From assembly GCA_030064755.1 (NCBI GenBank), contig JASJEH010000001.1:35352-99351 (forward strand): a DNA stretch of 64,000 bases, in the 5' to 3' direction. The notes beneath the pieces are model-generated. The model did no database searches. It had not been told where the DNA came from and saw nothing but the letters and a program-made list of their open reading frames with translations. Shown here piece by piece: positions 55,388-64,000 of the stretch. Made by a program: the position numbers and the translations under genes. The DNA is from Methyloceanibacter sp. (GTDB lineage: Bacteria; Pseudomonadota; Alphaproteobacteria; Rhizobiales; Methyloligellaceae). Within the stretch, counting starts at the first letter, position 1. Each line of letters opens with the position of its first letter.

Positions 55388-57538
55388 ATGCAGACCTTGA
55401 ACATCTTGACCAGCGTATCCACCGCTGCGCTTGTCGCGGCAGCCCTTTGGGTTGCGCCGGCAGCCGCCGAAGACGGCGGGCTTGCCGACCCCGACGATCC
55501 CATGACCATCATCGTGTCGCTGCCGAACCAGCGTGCGAAGGTCTTTCGTGGCACCTCGGAGATTACCTCGACCGCAGTCTCCACCGGCAAGCGCGGCTAC
55601 GCCACGAAGGCCGGCGTCTACAGCATCCTTGAGAAGCGGCGGCGGCACTTTTCAAACCTCTATGCTGGCGCGCCCATGCCTTGGATGCAGCGCCTCACTT
55701 GGACCGGCACAGCACTCCACGCTGGCAAGATCCCAGGTTACCCAGCCTCCCATGGCTGTATCCGCTTGCCCTACTCCTTCGCTCCAAAGCTGTTCAAGAT
55801 GACCGAAGTCGGGGGTCAGGTTGTCGTCGCGCACAGCATGGTCGAACCAAAGCGGATTTCACATCCGGCTCTGTTCCAGCCGCTGCCGCCGCCTATGCCA
55901 CCGGAGCTCCTCAGCAAGAGCAAAGCTGCTGCACAGCCCATGCGGAAGTCCAGCGTCGAGACGTCACCGAAGCGGCCATTCCGCCTCCCTGTGATCTTCG
56001 CCAAGGCTTCTGGCATCGCCCAAAAGCCAATCTCGAACACGGCGTCCACCAGGCTGGCCTTGGTTCCGGCGACCACGGGTGCGATCCAGCGCGCCCAGGA
56101 CGTCAAACCGTCCCATAGTCTTGAAGACACAACCCAACACGCGATCGACCCGAATGCAGCACCCTTTGTCGGGAGCGGCGCCCATGCGGTTGCATCGAAG
56201 AGCCCTGCGACAGTCGATGGGGGCACGACAGAGGTCGAGAACTCAGACGACTTCGTGAAACATCAGGACCGCCTTGAGGACCGCCTTGCCGACAGCGAAG
56301 GGCCGAAAGCCCAAGACCGCTTGGATGAGGATGCGGCGGCTCCTGAAGCGGAACTGACCGAGCAGCCGGAGGCACAGCCCCAAGAAGCTGCACTAACCCC
56401 GGCGCCTGAGGCTGAGACAGTCGAGGCTGAGGAAGCTAAGACGGCTGAGTCTGAGACGGCTGAGGAAGCGAATGCTGCGGCCGAGAGTGCCGAGGCGACG
56501 GAGACCCGGCTCGCGTCAGTGGAGCCCGAAGCGATCGCTCTGGCAACTGCGCCTCAGGCCAGCGAGCCCTCCGTGCCGGCTGCTGTGGACGAAGATCCCA
56601 TCGCGGAACTTGCGCGCGAGACGGCGCCAGGAACCGAACCCGCCGCCGAGCCCGCATTGGCCGTCTCCGCCGCAACGCTTGAAGCCAAAGCCACGCAGCC
56701 CTTGGCCCTTTCACTTTCGGTGTTGGGGGTGAACGATCACCCGCCTCGGCCGCTTGAGCGCCCCTCGGTGATGCTGTCGCGCTTGAAGGCTGGCGCAAAG
56801 TCCGCTGCCGTCGAAGCCGCCGACCCCGTGTCTCAGGAACCGCTGCGTATCTTGGTGACGCGGCGAACAACGCGCGACCGCACGGTCGACCTTCAGTACA
56901 TCCTGTCCGACATGGGCTATCTCGCGCCGCAGAACTTCGATGGCACGCGCGGCTCTGCGACGATCCGGGCTCTCAAGAAGTTTCAGAAAGACAATGAGAT
57001 GCCGGTGACAGGGGCCTTCACCGACGATGTCTTCAAGAAGGTCTATGAAGTTGCCGGGAAGAAAGAGCCCTCGGAGGGCCAGCTTTTTGTCCGCCAGAAA
57101 TTCGCAAGCGTGTTCTCAATTCCCGTCAGCTTTAGGGATCCTGAGAAGCCGCTTGGCACGCATCTCTTCACGATCATGCATTTCGAACCCGGCGCGACGG
57201 AGGCTGATTGGACGGCCATCAGTCTGAACGACAAGGCAACAGCTGAGTCTGTCCTGAACCGCATCGACATTCCCGCCGATGTGCGTCAGCGCATTTCCGA
57301 ACGGCTGACGCCGGGCTCATCGCTTATTGTGGCCGATACGGCCATCAACTCAGCTGCCTTGCCGAAGGGTGCGGACTTCCTGGTTTGGGATACGAGCAAG
57401 CCCCAGGTGCATCGGGCGAGTACGTCCCCGCGGCGGAAGGTCCGCAAGCGCACCACACGCCGGCCGAGCTACACGCGTGAGCGGTCCCGGTCGCGCTATT
57501 CGCGCCGGTCGCCGCGTCGCGGCGTCTTCGGGTTTTAG
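55388..57538 (+). CDS. L,D-transpeptidase (YkuD) with an acidic linker, a PG-binding-1-like domain and an Arg-rich tail
   Basis: Sec signal, IIVSLPNQRA, STAVSTGK, APMPWMQRLTW, ALHAG and SHGCIRLP. Later LQYIL..MGY...DG..G..T..AL..FQ. Confidence 0.88.
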   Translation: MQTLNILTSVSTAALVAAALWVAPAAAEDGGLADPDDPMTIIVSLPNQRAKVFRGTSEITSTAVSTGKRGYATKAGVYSILEKRRRHFSNLYAGAPMPWMQRLTWTGTALHAGKIPGYPASHGCIRLPYSFAPKLFKMTEVGGQVVVAHSMVEPKRISHPALFQPLPPPMPPELLSKSKAAAQPMRKSSVETSPKRPFRLPVIFAKASGIAQKPISNTASTRLALVPATTGAIQRAQDVKPSHSLEDTTQHAIDPNAAPFVGSGAHAVASKSPATVDGGTTEVENSDDFVKHQDRLEDRLADSEGPKAQDRLDEDAAAPEAELTEQPEAQPQEAALTPAPEAETVEAEEAKTAESETAEEANAAAESAEATETRLASVEPEAIALATAPQASEPSVPAAVDEDPIAELARETAPGTEPAAEPALAVSAATLEAKATQPLALSLSVLGVNDHPPRPLERPSVMLSRLKAGAKSAAVEAADPVSQEPLRILVTRRTTRDRTVDLQYILSDMGYLAPQNFDGTRGSATIRALKKFQKDNEMPVTGAFTDDVFKKVYEVAGKKEPSEGQLFVRQKFASVFSIPVSFRDPEKPLGTHLFTIMHFEPGATEADWTAISLNDKATAESVLNRIDIPADVRQRISERLTPGSSLIVADTAINSAALPKGADFLVWDTSKPQVHRASTSPRRKVRKRTTRRPSYTRERSRSRYSRRSPRRGVFGF

Positions 57539-57633
57539 GCTAGGGCCTGTTCCACCGATCTTGAAGTGCCGCGTGGGCGCTTGGGTTACGCCGCGCCAAA
57601 ATGGCGCTTATCTTGTCTGCTTTGGAAGAAAAA

Positions 57634-57708
57634 TGGAGCGGGCGATGGGATTCGAACCCACGACCCCAACCTTGGCAAGGTTGTGCTCTACCCCTGAGCT
57701 ACACCCGC
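57634..57708 (-). tRNA. tRNA-Gly(GCC)
   Basis: Reverse complement GCGGGTGTAGCTCAGGGGTAGAGCACAACCTTGCCAAGGTTGGGGTCGTGGGTTCGAATCCCATCGCCCGCTCCA folds as a cloverleaf with encoded CCA. Confidence 0.96.
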
Positions 57709-57897
57709 ACTCCAAACCACCGCGCATCCTTGAAATCCAAGTTTCTCGGATAACCAAGTCTCTGGATGATCACTTGCCGCGAATTGGTCTTGTAATAGAC
57801 CGTGCGGGGGAAGTCCACTGACGGCCACCGCGCTGCGACCAGACCCCGTTCGGGCCCGATGAGGGGCTCCCAATAAAGGAAGCGCACAGCAAACGCA

Positions 57898-58392
57898 ATG
57901 GAATTAGCACGCGAGAAGCTCTTGGCGTATCTGGACCAGCTCGGGATCGCGTCGGAGACTGTCGAGCACGAGCCGTTGTTTACCGTCGAGCAGTCGAAGG
58001 CGCTGCGCGGCGTCATTCCGGGCGCTCATACCAAGAATCTGTTCTTGCGTGACAAAGACGGCCGGTTCGTCTTGGTCGTGGCCAAGGAGGACACGAAAGT
58101 GGACCTCAAGGGACTTGCCAAGCAGCTTGGGTGCGGGCGCTTTAGCTTCGGCAAGCCAGAGCAGATGTTGGTTGTTTTGGGCGTCGAGCCTGGATCGGTG
58201 ACCGCCCTGGCGCTAATGCATGATGGGTCCTCCGCGTTGTCGGCAGTTGTCATTGACGAGGCGCTAATGGCGCATAGGGAGGTGAACTGTCACCCGCTGG
58301 ACAACCGGGCCACTACGAGGCTCTCGATCGCGGACCTTTTGCTTTTCATGAGGGCCTGCGGGCATGAGCCCATCATCTTGCCGCTAGCGTAG
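57898..58392 (+). CDS. YbaK/ProX-family aminoacyl-tRNA deacylase (ProXp-ala-like)
   Basis: HEPLFTVE, KNLFLRDK, LGVEPGSVT and NCHPLDN. Confidence 0.88.
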   Translation: MELAREKLLAYLDQLGIASETVEHEPLFTVEQSKALRGVIPGAHTKNLFLRDKDGRFVLVVAKEDTKVDLKGLAKQLGCGRFSFGKPEQMLVVLGVEPGSVTALALMHDGSSALSAVVIDEALMAHREVNCHPLDNRATTRLSIADLLLFMRACGHEPIILPLA

Positions 58393-58434
58393 GCGGTCTT
58401 GGGGTCAACCGGCGCCTCGGCGCCGCGTGGCAAG

Positions 58435-58463
58435 GTTGCCAAACGCGCCGCGACAACCCATCT
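58435..58463 (+). promoter_or_regulatory. Probable sigma32/RpoH promoter for the ybbN-lonN-trm112 unit
   Basis: GTTGCC-N16-CCCATCT, close to the RpoH consensus. ybbN/cnoX is a known heat-shock regulon member. Confidence 0.5.
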
Positions 58464-58523
58464 TTTGGAAGAGCATAACAACCGCAAGCTGCCGCGCGAC
58501 TGGTCCGGCAGACGGATTTCAAG

Positions 58524-59438
58524 ATGAGCATAGATACCCCGATTATCGGCGCGGATGGCGATGAGAGGCCCGGAGCTGAACCCGTCAAGGACACAACAAC
58601 GCAGGACTTCATGCGCGATGTGGTCGAGGCTTCTCAGCAACGGCCGGTGTTAGTCGATTTCTGGGCACCTTGGTGCGGGCCCTGCAAGCAGCTTACCCCT
58701 CTTCTTGAGAAGGCGGTGCGCGCGTCCAGAGGCGCGGTCGCGCTCGTTAAGATGAATATCGACGAGCATCCCGAGATACCGGGCCAAATGGGTGTCCAGT
58801 CGATTCCGGCTGTCTTCGCTTTTAAAGATGGACGTCCCGTCGATGGTTTCATGGGGGCTCTACCGGAGTCCCAGATCAACAGCTTTATCGCGAAGCTCGT
58901 CGGCGAGACGGTCGGCACGGAGGCCGACATTGAAATGGCCATGGCCGCGCTTGAGGCCGGCGACGTCAACGCGGCCGCGCAGATTTTTGGTGAGATCTTG
59001 CAGGACGAGCCTGAAAACATGGATGCGCTCGCCGGGCTTGCGAAGTGCTACGTAAAGACCGGCGACCTTGAGCGCGCCGAGCAAACGCTCGCCCTGGCCC
59101 CGCCCAACAAGGCCGACAGCGGCCCGATCCTCGCCGCGCAGTCGGCGCTGGACCTCGCGCGGAAGTCCAACGATGCGGGCGATATCGACGCGGCGCGCGC
59201 CAAGGCCGCGCAGGCGCCCAATGATCCGCAAGCGCAGTTCGATCTGGCGTTAGCCCTCAATGCTGGCGGAGACCGGGAGGGGGCTCTTGACGCGCTCTTG
59301 TCGATCGTTGCCACGAACCGCAGCTGGAACGATGACGCGGCGCGAAAACAGCTTGTGCAGTTCTTCGAGGTCTGGGGGCCAGGCGACCCTGCAACGACCT
59401 CCGGCCGGCAAAGACTGTCATCGCTGCTCTTCGCCTAG
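58524..59438 (+). CDS. ybbN: Thioredoxin-TPR chaperedoxin YbbN/CnoX
   Basis: VDFWAPWCGPCK, VQSIP, TPR region, and W.DDAARKQLV.FF...G....GR.RLSSLLF. Confidence 0.9.
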   Translation: MSIDTPIIGADGDERPGAEPVKDTTTQDFMRDVVEASQQRPVLVDFWAPWCGPCKQLTPLLEKAVRASRGAVALVKMNIDEHPEIPGQMGVQSIPAVFAFKDGRPVDGFMGALPESQINSFIAKLVGETVGTEADIEMAMAALEAGDVNAAAQIFGEILQDEPENMDALAGLAKCYVKTGDLERAEQTLALAPPNKADSGPILAAQSALDLARKSNDAGDIDAARAKAAQAPNDPQAQFDLALALNAGGDREGALDALLSIVATNRSWNDDAARKQLVQFFEVWGPGDPATTSGRQRLSSLLFA

Positions 59439-59460
59439 CGAAGCCGACGAGGCGCGTTCC

Positions 59461-60138
59461 ATGATCAACCCTTATGACAGCCCTGCCGATCTCCCGTCAG
59501 TTCTGCCGGTATTTCCGCTGCGCGGCGCGATTCTGTTGCCGCGCGCTTCGCTGACGCTCAACGTCTTCGAACCACGCTACGTGGCGCTGGTTGACTATGC
59601 CCTCGCGCACGAGCGCCTTATCGGCGTGGTTCAGCCGAGTGGAGAGACGGGCTCGGCCGAGTCGCCTCAAGGCAAATCCTTTCCTGTACGGACCATCGGC
59701 TGTTTGGGTCGGATAACCTCCTTCAGCGAAGCCGACGATGGACCTCTCGTGATCTCCTTAACGGGTATCTCGCGCTTCGCCACAGGCGACGAGATCGATA
59801 CTGACGCGGCATTCCGGCTCTTCGCCGTGGATTTTCGTTCGTATGCCGACGACTTCATCAACGACCTCGGCGAAGAGGACGTGGACCGCGTTCGCCTTTT
59901 GGCCACGCTCCGGCGCTACCTCGAGGCCAACGGCTTGCACGCGGATTGGGATCGGATCAACGAAGCGGCGAACGAACAGCTCGTCAACACGCTCTCGATC
60001 CTGTCGCCCTATGGACCGGAGGAGAAACAAGCACTGCTCGAAGCGGGGAGCCTCAGGGAACGGGCGGAGGCATTGGTTGCCTTGGCGGAAATGGAGCTGG
60101 CCGCTCGCGATGACAACTCGGGAACATCGTTGCAATGA
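59461..60138 (+). CDS. Lon protease N-terminal (substrate-binding) domain protein
   Basis: [25 protein letters not shown] and [12 protein letters not shown]. Confidence 0.88.
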   Translation: MINPYDSPADLPSVLPVFPLRGAILLPRASLTLNVFEPRYVALVDYALAHERLIGVVQPSGETGSAESPQGKSFPVRTIGCLGRITSFSEADDGPLVISLTGISRFATGDEIDTDAAFRLFAVDFRSYADDFINDLGEEDVDRVRLLATLRRYLEANGLHADWDRINEAANEQLVNTLSILSPYGPEEKQALLEAGSLRERAEALVALAEMELAARDDNSGTSLQ

Positions 60139-60347
60139 ACAGCCCGGATCAGGTACCGAACCCAGAAGGCGGCAAGGTAGATCCCAAGCTGCTAGAGATT
60201 TTAGTCTGTCCCCTGACGAAAACGTCGCTAGACTACGATGCGCAGCGCCAGGAGCTGATCAGCCGTGCGGCGGGACTTGCCTACCCCATACGCGATGGCA
60301 TTCCGATCATGCTGCCCGAGGAAGCGCGCAAACTCGACGACAACTAG
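60135..60347 (+). CDS. Trm112-family protein
   Basis: [15 protein letters not shown] and [20 protein letters not shown] overlap with the upstream gene. Confidence 0.92.
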   Translation: MNSPDQVPNPEGGKVDPKLLEILVCPLTKTSLDYDAQRQELISRAAGLAYPIRDGIPIMLPEEARKLDDN

Positions 60348-61258
60348 TTGCCCTGTTTGAGAGTAGCAGCCTGTTTCGTCAGCGTGCTGCATAAATTCGT
60401 CAACTCCGACGGTGTCAGTCCCGCATCGCGATAAGTGCGGATGGCGCGGGCGTTATCCCGCTTGGCGAGCCGATTGCCGTTCTCATCACGGACAAGCGCA
60501 TGGTGATGCCATACGGGCACGGGTAGCTCTAAGAGCGCCTGAAGGAGCCGGTGTATTGGCGTGGCCTCAAAGAGGTCCTCACCTCTAATGACATGCGTCA
60601 CGCCTTGTGCCGCATCATCGACAACGACGGCAAGATGGTAAGCCGCAGTGCCGATGTCTCTTCGCGCCAGGACGACGTCGCCGTGCACTTGACGCATCTC
60701 GTCGGGGTTCAGCCTGTGCTGACCCGCATGTGAAGGGCCCGTTTCGACCCAGGTAAGTGTTTCGCCATCCAGCAGCCGGAGCGCACTTTCGAGGTTCAGC
60801 CGAATCGCATCCCCGGATCCCGCGTCCGCCATCGAGCGCGATCGGCACGTTCCCGGATAAACCATAGGCTGATCAACCATCTGTGGGTCGCCCTCCTGGG
60901 GCGCGGTGATCGCAGCGCGAATGTCGGCGCGCGAGCAGCGGCAAGGATAAGTCACACCGAGCATTGCCAGGTGGTCGAGCGCCTCAGTGTAGGCCTCGTG
61001 GCGTTCGGATTGGCGCATGATGGGCTTCGGCCAAGAGAGGCCGAGCCAGGACAGATCCTCATAGATCGCGGCCTCGTACTCAGAGCGCACGCGAGTCGTA
61101 TCGGTATCTTCCATGCGGAGGAGGCAGGTACCGCCAGCATCCTCGGCGGCGTTCCAGGCCTCAATCGCGGAGTAAGCGTGTCCCAGATGCAGGAGCCCTG
61201 TCGGCGATGGCGCGAAGCGGGTGACAAAGCCGTGGGGGGGCTTGGCGTCGGCAACCAC
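60344..61258 (-). CDS. gluQ: Glutamyl-Q tRNA(Asp) synthetase
   Basis: [49 protein letters not shown] and RLAKR. No anticodon-binding domain. Confidence 0.9.
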   Translation of the reverse strand: MVADAKPPHGFVTRFAPSPTGLLHLGHAYSAIEAWNAAEDAGGTCLLRMEDTDTTRVRSEYEAAIYEDLSWLGLSWPKPIMRQSERHEAYTEALDHLAMLGVTYPCRCSRADIRAAITAPQEGDPQMVDQPMVYPGTCRSRSMADAGSGDAIRLNLESALRLLDGETLTWVETGPSHAGQHRLNPDEMRQVHGDVVLARRDIGTAAYHLAVVVDDAAQGVTHVIRGEDLFEATPIHRLLQALLELPVPVWHHHALVRDENGNRLAKRDNARAIRTYRDAGLTPSELTNLCSTLTKQAATLKQGN

Positions 61259-61262
61259 GCGG

Positions 61263-62510
61263 CTAAAGGGCCTCGCCCTTAAGGAGACGCGGGACGTCGC
61301 CGGTGGCTCCCGCCGCCTCGCGCACGAGAAACCGCTTGAGGCCGGGGGCGCGATCGACAAGAGCCATCCCGAGATCTCGAATTGTGCGCAACGGAGCGCT
61401 GTCATTCGAGAAGAGCCTGTTCATGCCGTCCATGGCGACGGCAGAGAAGGCGCTATCGAAGCGGCGCCATCGCTCGTAGCGTGCCAGCGCCGTCGGCGAG
61501 CCAATATCCAAGCCAAGGCGCACGCTGTCCGTGACGGTTTCCACCAGCGCTGCGACATCGCGCAAACCGATGTTGAGTCCCTGTCCCGCAAGCGGATGCA
61601 CCACATGCGCTGCATCCCCAACCAACGCCAGCCGGTCGCCGACAAAGCGGCGCGCCATTTGGAAGGAAAGCGGGAAGGCCCGTGGCGGGTCTTCGAGCGT
61701 GATTGTACCGAGGCGATGGCCGAAGCGCCGGCTGAGCTCGTCCACGAAGACTTGTGGGTCGTCATCGATCAGCCGCTTGGCCGTCTCCGCCTCTTCGGTC
61801 CAAACAATCGAGGAGCGATTGCCCTTGAGCGGCAGGATGGCGAACGGTCCTGCTGGGAGGAAGTGTTGGACCGCACGCCCGTTATGCGGGCGCTCATGTG
61901 CGACCGTCGCCACGATCCCCGTCTGCGCATAGGACCAGCCGATGCATTTGATGCCCGCGCGTTCGCGCAAGCGCGACTTCTTGCCATCGGCCGCGACGAG
62001 AAGCGAGGCGCGCAACGTGCGCCCTCCGGCCAGACGAATGTTCGTTGAGAACGGGTCGCAATCAAAGCTCTCGACTGCATCCGGAGCAATCAGGTCGATT
62101 GCAGGTTCGCGCTTTACTTCGTCGGCGATCGCCGCAAGAAGCGCACCGGCCTCGACGAGCCAAGCCTTCGTGCCCTCGTCGCGTAGCTCATCGGCAAAGC
62201 CAAGGAGGTGGGGACGCAGAGCCGCGTTCAACGGGCTATCGGTGACCTCGATGGCGTCCATGGACTGCGCATCGGGTGTCAATCGAGACCATAGCCCTAT
62301 GGCGTTCAGCAAGTTCCTAGCTGCCGGGGACAGAGCGAGACCGCGCCCATCCGGATCTCGTTCAGCATCTGACGGCGCCGCATCGACGAGCGTTACGCGG
62401 CAGGTCTTGGGCGCAAGCCGCGCCAGCGCGAGGGCGAGCGTTCCGCCGGCGAAGCCGCCACCAGCGACAACGATGCGACATCCGCTCTCTTCTTCCGAAC
62501 TCTGCACCAC
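61263..62510 (-). CDS. UbiH/UbiF/Coq6-family FAD-dependent ubiquinone hydroxylase
   Basis: VAGGGFAG, LVAADGKKS, Y.QTGIV, FLPAGPFAILP and GDAAHVVHPLAGQGLNIG. Confidence 0.9.
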   Translation of the reverse strand: MVQSSEEESGCRIVVAGGGFAGGTLALALARLAPKTCRVTLVDAAPSDAERDPDGRGLALSPAARNLLNAIGLWSRLTPDAQSMDAIEVTDSPLNAALRPHLLGFADELRDEGTKAWLVEAGALLAAIADEVKREPAIDLIAPDAVESFDCDPFSTNIRLAGGRTLRASLLVAADGKKSRLRERAGIKCIGWSYAQTGIVATVAHERPHNGRAVQHFLPAGPFAILPLKGNRSSIVWTEEAETAKRLIDDDPQVFVDELSRRFGHRLGTITLEDPPRAFPLSFQMARRFVGDRLALVGDAAHVVHPLAGQGLNIGLRDVAALVETVTDSVRLGLDIGSPTALARYERWRRFDSAFSAVAMDGMNRLFSNDSAPLRTIRDLGMALVDRAPGLKRFLVREAAGATGDVPRLLKGEAL

Positions 62511-62649
62511 GGACTTTCTATAGGCGACGCCGGACGAGCGCGCCACACCTTGCGACGGACGAGCGGCGTTTCGCCTCCGCAATCAAGCTGCTATGGGCAT
62601 GGAGCCGAGAACACTATCCTGACTTGAACTGCCGAATGAGGTCTACCCG

Positions 62650-63516
62650 ATGAGCGCCGCTGTCGATCAACTCCTTTCGATACTCGATCTCGAGCCTTTG
62701 GAGCACAATCTGTTTCGCGGCCTCAGCCCGCAAGTCGGATGGCAACGCGTTTTCGGCGGCCAGGTCATCGGTCAGGCGCTCGTGGCCGCACAGCGCACAG
62801 TCGAGGGCCGGCGCGCCCATTCGCTCCATGCCTATTTTCTGCGCGCGGGCGATCCGGCGGTGCCGATCATCTACGAGGTGGACCGAATTCGCGACGGAAA
62901 GAGCTTCACAACGCGGCGAGTCGTGGCGATTCAACATGGCCATCCAATCTACTCAATGGCGGTCTCGTTTCAGCGGGATGAAGAAGGTCTCGAGCACCAG
63001 ACGCCCATGCCGGTCGTTCCCCCGCCCGAGGACGTGCCGAGCGAGGCGGCACTCGCGGAGATGCTCATGGATCGCCTCCCGCCGCCGGCGAAGGCCTACT
63101 GGCAGGCGGAACGGCCCATCGAGATGCGCCCTGTCGATCTGTCACGCTATCTGTCGCCCGAGAAGCGAGATCCGAGCCAATACATCTGGATCCGGGCGAC
63201 CGGGGCACTGGCAGACGATCCAGCCTTGCATCAATGCGTCCTTGCCTACGCGTCGGATTTCACGCTGCTAGACACGGCGTTGGTTGCCCATGGCCGGTTC
63301 GTTTTCGATCCCAGTTTGATGCTGGCGAGCCTCGATCACGCTCTGTGGTTTCACAGGCCTTTTCGGGCGGACGATTGGCTTCTCTACGCCCAGGACAGCC
63401 CGAATTCGGGCGCCGCGCGCGCGTTTTGCCGGGGAAGCTTCTACAACCGCGAGGGTCAGCTGGTCGCCTCCACCGCGCAAGAGGGGCTCGTTCGCGAGCG
63501 TCGGCCCCAGAGTTAG
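62650..63516 (+). CDS. tesB: Acyl-CoA thioesterase II
   Basis: RVFGGQVIGQAL, HSLHAYF, RDGKSF, LAYASD, ASLDHALWFH and STAQEG. Confidence 0.95.
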   Translation: MSAAVDQLLSILDLEPLEHNLFRGLSPQVGWQRVFGGQVIGQALVAAQRTVEGRRAHSLHAYFLRAGDPAVPIIYEVDRIRDGKSFTTRRVVAIQHGHPIYSMAVSFQRDEEGLEHQTPMPVVPPPEDVPSEAALAEMLMDRLPPPAKAYWQAERPIEMRPVDLSRYLSPEKRDPSQYIWIRATGALADDPALHQCVLAYASDFTLLDTALVAHGRFVFDPSLMLASLDHALWFHRPFRADDWLLYAQDSPNSGAARAFCRGSFYNREGQLVASTAQEGLVRERRPQS

Positions 63517-63560
63517 CTTATTTCTTGTGCAAACGGCCAGTTCTGCCTGCTTTCTGTGCG
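63515..63560. promoter_or_regulatory. Two candidate NtrC-binding sites upstream of glnK
   Basis: AGCTTATTTCTTGTGCA (63515-63531) and TGCCTGCTTTCTGTGCG (63544-63560) both keep the GC-N11-GC core and a GTGC right half. Confidence 0.45.
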
Positions 63561-63631
63561 CAAATGCGGCCCTCAAGTGGCACGCACCCCCGCGGCTGCG
63601 TCGTGAATTTTTTGTGAATCCAACGAGTTGA

Positions 63632-64000
<369 letters not shown>

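Noticed and set aside
57327-57821. 164-aa ORF containing MERAMGFEPTTPTLARLCSTPELHP
   Set aside because: That segment is the antisense translation of tRNA-Gly, a classic spurious ORF.
58524-60347. YbbN with an intact WCGPC plus Lon-N and Trm112 as a new proteostasis module
   Set aside because: This is a common alphaproteobacterial arrangement, and redox-active CnoX is known from Caulobacter.
63578-63592. Second TGGCACG upstream of glnK as a sigma54 promoter
   Set aside because: The -12 position reads CCCG, with no TTGC-like element at the required spacing.

Overview
GC-rich alphaproteobacterial (Hyphomicrobiales-like) chromosome segment, mostly core genes. 1-9.5 kb: cobalamin cluster cobH-I-J-K-L-E-M-cbiD-cobB-cobT-cobS, with cobK, cbiD and cobT on the opposite strand. 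9.6-15.3 kb: a cell-envelope block with a small cationic secreted peptide, an in-frame L,D-transpeptidase (YkuD)-MurC-like ligase fusion, and a convergent giant YcbB-type L,D-transpeptidase carrying a ~500-aa acidic linker. 15.7-20.5 kb: NAGGN osmolyte genes. 20.7-32.2 kb: fabI-DUF3141-MaoC/Pta-ackA, two tandem MipA/OmpV paralogs, a second DUF3141 paralog and a cysteine hydrolase, ending at tRNA-Thr(CGT). 32.5-51.6 kb: hemY-mic60-hemD-hemC, DUF808-tsaD-gpsA-YciI-EVE-DUF1761, acs, an orphan membrane protein, a globin, htpX, rsmB, a heparinase-like gene and purH. 51.7-64 kb: a lipoprotein with three invariant 14-aa motifs, an MFS transporter, an internally deleted TPM-domain remnant missing from the ORF track, DUF3047, a third L,D-transpeptidase, tRNA-Gly(GCC), ProX, ybbN/cnoX, Lon-N, Trm112, gluQ, a Ubi hydroxylase, tesB and the start of glnK. 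No integrase, IS, prophage or CRISPR was seen. Best leads: (1) the signal-less Ldt-MurC-like fusion with an altered amino-acid pocket, (2) the triple-motif lipoprotein whose repeats differ only at synonymous sites, (3) the two DUF3141 proteins with a PhaC-like Cys/Asp/His triad. Family assignments rest on motif recognition only; no database search was run.
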